Below the pieces are notes generated by a model, which saw only the letters and a program-made list of their open reading frames with translations, made no database searches and was not told the DNA's origin. From Sumerlaeia bacterium (GTDB taxonomy: Bacteria > Sumerlaeota > Sumerlaeia > SLMS01 > JAHLLQ01), in assembly GCA_040219255.1 (NCBI GenBank), contig JAVJSW010000079.1:1-17105 (forward strand): 17,105 nt of DNA, written 5' to 3'. Made by a program: the position numbers and the translations under genes. Every line of letters starts with the position of its first letter. The stretch's first letter is position 1. Positions 1 to 6,685 of this stretch are shown in pieces.

Positions 1-189
1 GACGAAGTTGGGGCCATCGAACGTGGTGGTCACGTCCTGGGGAGCCAGGAAAGGCAGGGGGCGGGCCATGGCCGACGAAGCCGCCAGGCAGCCCGCCACC
101 AGGAAGCTCCCCGTCAAAATCGCCCCGCGGCGCCGCGGGGAAGTGAGAGAAAATACAGAGGTGAGTTTCGAAAGAGGCTTCTCAGCCAT
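1..189 (-). CDS. 5' part of a secreted protein (Sec signal peptide); runs off the left edge of the window
   Basis: Hand translation from ATG at 189 gives MAEKPLSKLTSVFSLTSPRRRGAILTGSFLVAGCLAASSAMA-RPLPFLAPQDVTTTFDGPNFV, open to position 1. It has a basic n-region, a hydrophobic h-region and an AMA cleavage motif. AAGGAG (206-201) lies 11 nt upstream. Absent from the ORF track because there is no stop in the window. TTTFDG.. resembles the start of FG-GAP/VCBS-type repeats (weak inference). Confidence 0.7.
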   Translation of the reverse strand, partial: MAEKPLSKLTSVFSLTSPRRRGAILTGSFLVAGCLAASSAMARPLPFLAPQDVTTTFDGPNFV

Positions 190-298
190 AGCAGGTCATA
201 CTCCTTGGGATGGACCCGTTCGTTCGCGGCAGGTTCGCGTCAGCAGAAAATGTTGACAACAGCCAGCTGCGGCCGAAACGAGTCGGGGGTTGAGCAAT

Positions 299-332
299 AC
301 AGCGCTATGACCGAGTCCCTACATAGCGCTGT
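299..332. promoter_or_regulatory. Perfect 11-bp inverted repeat (ACAGCGCTATG-N12-CATAGCGCTGT); candidate double operator
   Basis: Arms at 299-309 and 322-332, each containing the AGCGCT core typical of LacI-family operators. A minus-strand TTGACA (335-330) overlaps the right arm and points toward the gene at 189. Confidence 0.45.
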
Positions 333-360
333 CAACTCGAAACGGCCCGTCTTCCCACCT

Positions 361-591
361 CTTGCCCTCTGGTTGGCCATGCGGACAATTGATATCGAAC
401 ACCTTCCGCCCTTTATCAGGGAGGGGCGAAAAGCGTCATACTCCCCTCCGACTGGAGCGAACCAAGGCGTGTCTGACAGAGACCGCCGGCACACCGTCGA
501 AACCCACGAGTTTAACCGTCGTTAGGCCGTGGCGGCCTATCCCGTTTCCTGGCAGGTTGGCTCCGCATTCTTTCGAGACGGAGCCTTTTCT
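361..591 (+). ncRNA. Candidate structured RNA (6S-like rod, or attenuator leader)
   Basis: Collinear pairings 371-381/528-537, 384-397/507-520 and 425-447/465-487 surround an unpaired bubble. Motifs TTGA..CGAACAC, GGGAG, GGCACACC, GTTTAA and GGCGGC occur in the order seen in 6S RNAs. An alternative helix 454-463/555-564 overlaps the downstream terminator. Folded by hand only. Confidence 0.35.
559..591 (+). terminator. Intrinsic-terminator-like hairpin just upstream of the HTH gene
   Basis: GGCTCCG (559-565)/CGGAGCC (579-585), inner TCT-TTCG-AGA, followed by TTTTCT (586-591). Confidence 0.5.
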
Positions 592-598
592 CAAGATT

Positions 599-856
599 AT
601 GGCCAAGAAACGAACGACTTCATCGGCGGCGGCCCCGCTCCGGCGGACGCCGGACGAACACTTTTCGCAACTCGATCTGTCGGATTTGCCGGTCCTGGTG
701 CCAGTGGCGGTGGCGGCGCAGCGCCTCGGCACCTCGCGCCACGCGATCTATCAGTTGCTGAGCGAGGGGGAAATCAGCGCGGTGCGGATCAGCCCGCGCA
801 CCACGCGGATCTTCCGCGATTCGCTGCTCGATTATCTGCGAAGACAGCTTGTGTGA
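599..856 (+). CDS. Excisionase-family / HTH_17 (MerR-like) small DNA-binding protein, 85 aa
   Basis: LVPVAVAAQRLGTSRHAIYQLLSEGEISAVRISPRTTRIFRDSLLDYL matches the excisionase-type winged-HTH pattern. ATG at 599 is preferred over the upstream start at 362. Confidence 0.8.
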   Translation: MAKKRTTSSAAAPLRRTPDEHFSQLDLSDLPVLVPVAVAAQRLGTSRHAIYQLLSEGEISAVRISPRTTRIFRDSLLDYLRRQLV

Positions 857-1119
857 ATGGAAAGGATTCGCGCTCGGTGGGCAATAAGGTGAAAGTGTTA
901 GAAATTCGCAATGGCCTTCGCGGACGGGGAATCCGCTTGCCAAGGCCTGGCTGGCCGGTGAGCGTCCCGAGCGGTTCCGGCCGTGGCGGGGTCCGTCTCG
1001 GCGGGCAACGGTCGCCGTGCCCGGCACCGATCGATTTTCACCGGAGAGGAAAGGCCGAGCGCCCTCCCCCCTCGCGCTGTTCGCGGCGCGTGCCGGTTTC
1101 TGCGCCGCCCTTATTTCCT

Positions 1120-1845
1120 ATGAGCTCTCATGACATCCTGGTTGTGGATGACGAGAAGGATATCCGCGACCTCCTCGACTATAACCTCACCAAGAACGGC
1201 TGCCGCGTGCGTACCGTCGCCACCGGCGAAGACGCCCTGCGGGAAGCCAGAGACAATCCGCCGGACCTGATCGTGCTCGACCTGATGCTGCCGGGGATCG
1301 ACGGCCTCGAGGTCTGCAAGCGCCTGAAGGCCAACGAACGCACCGCCTCCATCCCGATCGTGATGCTGACGGCGCGGGGAGAGGAAGCTGACGTGGTGGT
1401 GGGCCTGGAGTTGGGCGCGGACGATTACGTGACGAAGTCGGCCTTCAGTCCGCGCGTGCTGCTGGCCCGTATCAAGGCGGTGCTGCGGCGGCGGGAACTG
1501 GAAGCGAGCGTACCGGCGGAGGAAGTGCTCCAGCACGGGCCGATCAGCCTGAATCTGGCGCGCCATGAAGCGGCCGTCGATGGCCGGCCGATGCAATTGA
1601 CCGCCCTGGAAATGCGCATCCTGGCGACGCTGCTGCGTTCGCCGGGCCGCGTCTTCACGCGATTCCAGATCGTGGAAGCGACCCAAGGCGTCGGCGTCGG
1701 TGTCACCGACCGCAGCGTGGACGTCCATATCGTGTCGCTGCGCAAGAAGCTGGGCGAGCACGCGGACCTGATCGAGACGGTGCGCGGCGTGGGCTACCGC
1801 TGCTCGGAGAGCGTTCGGGAACCGGCGGGAGACGCCGCCGAGTGA
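1120..1845 (+). CDS. phoB: Phosphate regulon response regulator (OmpR/PhoB family), 241 aa
   Basis: Receiver domain (ILVVDDE, LIVLDLMLPGIDG, MLTARGEE, GADDY) plus winged helix (DRSVDVHIVSLRKKL, IETVRGVGY). Overlaps the kinase (GTGA) and sits next to the pst genes. True start is ATG 1120, not 529. Confidence 0.92.
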   Translation: MSSHDILVVDDEKDIRDLLDYNLTKNGCRVRTVATGEDALREARDNPPDLIVLDLMLPGIDGLEVCKRLKANERTASIPIVMLTARGEEADVVVGLELGADDYVTKSAFSPRVLLARIKAVLRRRELEASVPAEEVLQHGPISLNLARHEAAVDGRPMQLTALEMRILATLLRSPGRVFTRFQIVEATQGVGVGVTDRSVDVHIVSLRKKLGEHADLIETVRGVGYRCSESVREPAGDAAE

Positions 1846-3743
1846 TTCCGATCCGGCGGAGACTTCTCTGGCGGGTATTCTTTTCTCACTTTGCGCTCAT
1901 CGCGTTAGGCGCCATCGCGGTTGCTCTGCTGGGCTGGTCCACCTTTAAAGGATTCTACATCGAAAATCAGGTCGCGCGGCTGGAAAATCTGGTTTCCACC
2001 GTGCAGCCGTATGCCTCCACGGTCCTCGCGGAGGAGGACCAGGAGACGGCGCAACTCTACGTTTCTCAGATGACGGCGTCGCAGGATTGGCGCGTGAGCC
2101 TGATCCGGCCAGACGGAATGGCGTTGGCCGATTCGGACCCCGACGCGGCGGAGCAGCCGCACCGGTTCCTGGACCGGCCGGAGATCGAGGCGGCGCTGCG
2201 GGGCCGGGCCGTGTCCGGCCATCGGCTCAGCAATCGCTACGACGAAGAAATCATCTTTGTCGCCTACCCGGCGACGCAAGACGGCCGTATCGTCGGGGTG
2301 GTTCATGCCAGCCGGCGCTACAGCAGCCTGACGGGGGATCTGGTTGCGGCGCGTAACCGACTGATGCTGGGGACGGGGGCGGTGCTGCTGATCGTGGGAG
2401 CGGCGGCGCTGACCATGAGCGAACGGTTCATCCGGCCTTTGGAGGAGATGCGGCGCGGCGCGAAGCGCTTTGGCGGCGGCGAGCTGACGCGCAAGCTGCC
2501 GGTGCCCCACAGCTACGAACTGAAGAGCTTGGCGGAAACGCTCAACACGATGGCGGAGCAGTTGCACAACCGCATCCGCGAGATCACCGCGGAAGGCAAC
2601 CTGCGCGACGCGATTCTGGAGTCCCTGCAGGAAGGCGTGCTGGCCGTGGACGCGCACGAACGGCTGCTGGGGATGAACGGGGCGGCGGCGGCGATGCTGC
2701 GCAGCAATCAGGCGTGGGCCAAGGGCCGGCTGATTCAGGAAGCGGTTCGCAGTACGGATCTGCAGCGCTTGATCAAGCGGGCGCTGGCGACCCATCCCTC
2801 CGCGGACGCGGTGCCGCTTCATGGCGGCGGCGCCCAGGGAGGCATCGGGCACCAGATCCGCATCGGCGAGGAGACCCTGGTGCAGGTGAGCTGGGCGCCG
2901 CTGCGCGACACCGCCGGTTCGGTGGTCGGCGTGGTGGTGATTCTGGCGAATGTGACGCGGCTGATGCGGCTGGAAAACATCCGGCGGGAATTCGTCGGCA
3001 ATGTCAGTCACGAGCTGCGCACCCCCATCGCCAGCGTTCGGGGTTATGCCGAGACGCTGCTCGATGGGGCGCTGGATGACCCGGAGGACGCGCGGCGCTT
3101 CACCGAGCGGATTCTCAATCAGTCCGAGCGGCTGGGCGAAATCATCGAGGACCTGCTTTGCCTTAGCGGTCTGGAGTCGCAAAGCCAGATCGAACTGGCG
3201 GAGCGGCCCTTGGACGACATTGTCGAGAGCGCGGTGCAGTCTTGTCAGTTCATGGCGCAGGAGCGCTCGGCGCTGCTGGAAACGCGCTACGAGGCCCCTG
3301 TGATGGTCAAGCTCAATGGCCGGTTGCTGGAGCGGGCGTTCAGCAACCTGATCGAGAACGGTCTGAAGTACGGGGGCAAGAGGGTGGAAGTGCGCACGAC
3401 GGTGGCGGAGGACCGGGGGACGTTCTGGGCCGAGGTTCACGTGCGGGATTTCGGCCCGGGCATCGCGCGCGAGCACCTGCCGCGGATCTTCGAGCGCTTC
3501 TACCGGGTGGACAAAGCCCGCAGCCGCGACCAGGGCGGCACCGGCCTGGGGCTGTCCATCGTCAAGCACGTGGTCAACGCCCACGGCGGCACCGTGTGGG
3601 TGGAGAGCCAGCTGGGTCACGGTGCGAACTTCGTCTGCCGGCTGCCCGCCACGGGCCAGAGCAGACCGGCTTCGGCGGTTCTCGATGCGCCGGAATGTCT
3701 AGTGAACGATCTGGACACGGCGGGGCTCCCCGGTCCTTCATAA
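1842..3743 (+). CDS. phoR: Phosphate regulon sensor histidine kinase (2 TM, extracytoplasmic domain, HAMP, PAS, HisKA, HATPase)
   Basis: H box RREFVGNVSHELRTP, N box NLIENGLKY, DFGPGI, RIFERFYRVDKARSR and GGTGLGLSIVKH. 4-nt overlap with phoB. Confidence 0.92.
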   Translation: MIPIRRRLLWRVFFSHFALIALGAIAVALLGWSTFKGFYIENQVARLENLVSTVQPYASTVLAEEDQETAQLYVSQMTASQDWRVSLIRPDGMALADSDPDAAEQPHRFLDRPEIEAALRGRAVSGHRLSNRYDEEIIFVAYPATQDGRIVGVVHASRRYSSLTGDLVAARNRLMLGTGAVLLIVGAAALTMSERFIRPLEEMRRGAKRFGGGELTRKLPVPHSYELKSLAETLNTMAEQLHNRIREITAEGNLRDAILESLQEGVLAVDAHERLLGMNGAAAAMLRSNQAWAKGRLIQEAVRSTDLQRLIKRALATHPSADAVPLHGGGAQGGIGHQIRIGEETLVQVSWAPLRDTAGSVVGVVVILANVTRLMRLENIRREFVGNVSHELRTPIASVRGYAETLLDGALDDPEDARRFTERILNQSERLGEIIEDLLCLSGLESQSQIELAERPLDDIVESAVQSCQFMAQERSALLETRYEAPVMVKLNGRLLERAFSNLIENGLKYGGKRVEVRTTVAEDRGTFWAEVHVRDFGPGIAREHLPRIFERFYRVDKARSRDQGGTGLGLSIVKHVVNAHGGTVWVESQLGHGANFVCRLPATGQSRPASAVLDAPECLVNDLDTAGLPGPS

Positions 3744-3747
3744 GAAA

Positions 3748-3935
3748 TCACCACGGAGACACAGAGACACGAAGATGTTTGTCGCCAGAGAGTTTAGGTG
3801 ATACGGAGAGGGCGCGCAATTTTTTGCTTGTGCGACCAGGAAAGCCGACTCTCTTTTGTCAAAGAGTCTCCAAACCCATGTCTTCCTTCCAACCGTTCTC
3901 TGTGAAACCTCTGCCCTCTGTGACCTCCGTGGTGA
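3748..3935. repeat. ~190-bp element bounded by imperfect ~20-bp inverted repeats (REP/MITE-like)
   Basis: TCACCACGGAGACACAGAG (3748-3766) versus CTCTGTGACCTCCGTGGTGA (3916-3935). The left arm contains three tandem 8-mers CACRRAGA (3752-3775), with complementary CTCTGTG/CTCCGTG units on the right (3898-3931). Confidence 0.6.
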
Positions 3936-4097
3936 ATCATTGCGGGCGGGGCTGCCGGCCTCCCCCAGAAATTCGTGGGACGACGACGACGATAAGGCCG
4001 CTTCGGTTTGCCCTTGCCCGGCTTTGGCGATGCCCGTTGCTTTGTGTCATCAACCGGCTGAAGTGAACTCACTGCACGCCCGAGGAGACTCCACGCC

Positions 4098-5441
4098 ATG
4101 GCTCCCAAGCTGGAAACGCTGCTCTCGAAAGCCGCCCTTGGGGGCGATCTCGCCGAAGTCGAGCGCCTTCTGGACGCGGGCGCGGACCCGACAAAGCCCC
4201 TGCGCAAAGGCGAAGCCCCCATCGCCGTCAAGGTGGCGGAGCGGGGACAAACGATCGTGCTGGATCGCATGATCGAGCGGGGCCTGGACCTGATGGCCAT
4301 GTGCGAAGGGGATGAGGACAGCTATCGGCTTGGCGGCCGGATTCGGCTGCTGGATGCGATGCTGCTGACGTACAAGAACGCGGCGTCGGAGTATGTCCTG
4401 GATTGGTTTATCAAGCGTGACGGTCCGGAAAAGGGAGCGGCGAATTTCTTCCGTCTGGCGATCCACACGGGGACTTACTGGGGTCCGAACAAGGCGATGC
4501 GCGAGTCCCGGCCACCGGACAGCTACACTTATGAGGACGGGAGGACGGTGGCCGAGTTGATCGACGAGGTCCAGCCCCCTTCGTTCCGGGAGGCGCTGCG
4601 AAAGTTGAAGCCCGCCAAGCCCCGGGGCGAAAGTGCCCCTATGACAGCATCGCAGCGGAAGTCGGCGATGCTGTCGGCGGTCAAGACCGGGGACATCGGG
4701 GCTATCCGGGCACTGGTGGCCCAGGGGTTCGACATCGAGACCTCGATCCAGCGGGGCGGGGCTGCGTTGCTCCACGCGGCGGGCAATGGCCAACCTCTGG
4801 TGGTGGAGTACCTGATTTCGCGAGGCGCGAACCTGGAAGCGCGGGACGCCGATGGGTCGCGGGCGCTGGAGAAGGCGATCTACCACGCGAACAAGATGGC
4901 GTTGGCGGAGGGCAAAATCGAATGCGCCCGGCTCCTGGTCGCGGCGGGCACCTCACTCGAGGGCGACCTGGGTCAGCAATGCCTGGACATCGCCTGCCGC
5001 CACGATCCCAGCGGCCGCATCGCCCAGATGCTGCTGGACGCGGGCGTGGGCGAGGGGGCCGTGCTCGACGAGCAGCTCCTCGCGGCCTGCCACAAGGGAA
5101 TGACCGGTTCCGTCGAGGTCATCCTGAAGTCCGGCCGGGCCGACGTGAACTGCCAGGGCACGGACCGGATGACGCCGCTGCACCTGGTCTGTTTCGGCGA
5201 GTACAACCATTACTCCGATCCGTTTCGCCACCGGGCGCCTTTCCAGCGCGGGGCGACCTATAAGCAGCCCAAGAGCGGCGACAAGAAGATCGCCAAGCTC
5301 CTCCTGGAGCACGGCGCCGACCCCTGGATTGAGGACGGTTGGGGGCGGTCGGTGGCGGGATGCGAGGAACCCGGCCACCAGACGGTGCAAGTGGTGCGTG
5401 ATTGGGCGGAGAAGCACGGCGGGAAACCCAAAGCGAAGTAA
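4098..5441 (+). CDS. Ankyrin repeat protein, 447 aa
   Basis: Multiple ankyrin motifs (AALGGDLAEVERLLDAGADP, LLHAAGNGQPLVVEYLISRGANLEARD, ADVNCQGTDRMTPLHL, IAKLLLEHGADP). GAGGAG RBS at 4082-4087. No signal peptide seen. Confidence 0.88.
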   Translation: MAPKLETLLSKAALGGDLAEVERLLDAGADPTKPLRKGEAPIAVKVAERGQTIVLDRMIERGLDLMAMCEGDEDSYRLGGRIRLLDAMLLTYKNAASEYVLDWFIKRDGPEKGAANFFRLAIHTGTYWGPNKAMRESRPPDSYTYEDGRTVAELIDEVQPPSFREALRKLKPAKPRGESAPMTASQRKSAMLSAVKTGDIGAIRALVAQGFDIETSIQRGGAALLHAAGNGQPLVVEYLISRGANLEARDADGSRALEKAIYHANKMALAEGKIECARLLVAAGTSLEGDLGQQCLDIACRHDPSGRIAQMLLDAGVGEGAVLDEQLLAACHKGMTGSVEVILKSGRADVNCQGTDRMTPLHLVCFGEYNHYSDPFRHRAPFQRGATYKQPKSGDKKIAKLLLEHGADPWIEDGWGRSVAGCEEPGHQTVQVVRDWAEKHGGKPKAK

Positions 5442-5479
5442 CTCAGAAGTCTGGAGCGCCAAGCGGGCCGATAAAATTT

Positions 5480-5537
5480 TTCACCAACACTTCGTTAGAG
5501 GAGTGTTAGAATCCCTAACACGGGTTTTCTTCACCTT
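5480..5537. promoter_or_regulatory. Candidate PhoB-binding region upstream of pstS
   Basis: GTTAGA repeated with 11-bp period (5494, 5505), the spacing typical of OmpR/PhoB sites. Inverted GTGTTAG/CTAACAC (5503-5521). TTCACC at 5480 and 5530. AGTGTTAGAA also occurs upstream of phoB (894-903). Confidence 0.45.
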
Positions 5538-5606
5538 GCATCGCGGGCCGGGGTGGCCCTTATTCCCGCCGCCCATTCCTGATCGAGAGGCGTTTCAACA
5601 GCCCCC

Positions 5607-6659
5607 ATGCGTAACGTGTTTTATAGTGCAGTAACTCTTCTGGCCGCCCTAGGTGTGGCTGGCTGCGGCTCCGGCGGCTCGGACTCCGGCGCGTCGTCCA
5701 ACGGCACCGCCGCAGACGGCGAGCAGCTCTCTGGCGACATCCGGATCGACGGATCGAGCACCGTGTTCCCCATCACCGCCGCCGTGGCGGAAGAATTCCA
5801 GGCCGTCCACCCGCGCGTCCGCGTCGCCGTCAGCTACTCGGGCACGGGCGGTGGTTTCAAGAAGTTCGACCTCGGCGAGACGGACATCAACAACGCCTCG
5901 CGGCCGATCAAGCAGTCGGAAATCGACACCGCCACGGAGAACGAAGTGGAGTTCATCGAACTGCCGGTGGCCTACGACGGGCTGACGGTGATCGTGAGCC
6001 CGAGCAACGAGTTCGTGGATTACCTGACGGTGGACGAGCTGCGCAAGATCTGGCAGCCTTCGAGCATCGTGGATACCTGGGACGATGTGCGCCCCGAATG
6101 GCCGGAGGAAGAAATCAAGCTGTTCGGCCCGGGCACGGATTCGGGAACGTTCGATTACTTCACCGAAGCCATCATGGGCGAGTCCGGCGCGTCGCGCTCG
6201 GATTACACCGCCACGGAAGACGACAACCTGATCGTGACCGGTGTGGCGCGGGACCCCTACGCGCTCGGCTACCTGGGTTACGCGTACTATATCGAGAACG
6301 AAGGGTCGCTGCGCCCGGTGCCGATCAAGGACGGGGACAAAGAGCCGGTGGCGCCGACGCAAGAGTCGATCGACCAGGGGACGTACACGCCGCTGTCGCG
6401 CCCGCTGTTCGTTTATGTCCGCGCGGATGCGGCGAAACGGCCCGAAGTGGACGCCTTCATGGATTTCTATCTGGACGAGGGGCGCGATTTGGTTTCTGAA
6501 ATCGGTTACGTTGCGTTGCCCGACGCGGTCTTCGAGATGGTGCAGGAGCGTTTCGACGACCGCGTGACCGGTTCGCTCTTCGGCGGTGCCGGCGCGGAAG
6601 TGGGCGTCAGCGTGAAAGATGTGCTGGCGCGGGAGCGAGCGAGCCAAAGCAGCGAGTAA
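5607..6659 (+). CDS. pstS: Phosphate ABC transporter substrate-binding lipoprotein
   Basis: Lipobox LGVAG-C20, [27 protein letters not shown] and [11 protein letters not shown]. Heads the pstCAB cluster. Confidence 0.95.
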   Translation: MRNVFYSAVTLLAALGVAGCGSGGSDSGASSNGTAADGEQLSGDIRIDGSSTVFPITAAVAEEFQAVHPRVRVAVSYSGTGGGFKKFDLGETDINNASRPIKQSEIDTATENEVEFIELPVAYDGLTVIVSPSNEFVDYLTVDELRKIWQPSSIVDTWDDVRPEWPEEEIKLFGPGTDSGTFDYFTEAIMGESGASRSDYTATEDDNLIVTGVARDPYALGYLGYAYYIENEGSLRPVPIKDGDKEPVAPTQESIDQGTYTPLSRPLFVYVRADAAKRPEVDAFMDFYLDEGRDLVSEIGYVALPDAVFEMVQERFDDRVTGSLFGGAGAEVGVSVKDVLARERASQSSE

Positions 6660-6685
6660 GGTAAGCCACTCGAGAAAGCGTGAGC

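Noticed and set aside
123-140. Perfect 18-bp palindrome CCCCGCGGCGCCGCGGGG
   Set aside because: All G/C, inside a coding region and with no T tract; plausible by chance.
411-460. SAM-I riboswitch-like start (TTATCAGGGAG ... GACTGG)
   Set aside because: Lacks the GAGGGA-CTGGCC kink-turn/pseudoknot, the GCAACC/GGTGC elements and the closing GATRA.
520-570. tRNA(Sec)-like 3' fragment (GGCAGGTTGGCTCC) as a possible att site for the excisionase
   Set aside because: No TTCRA T-loop, no cloverleaf, no CCA and no second copy in the window.
529-1119. 197-aa N-terminal extension of PhoB in the ORF track
   Set aside because: It overlaps the HTH gene in another frame and is Arg/Gly/Pro-rich noise. The receiver domain starts at ATG 1120.
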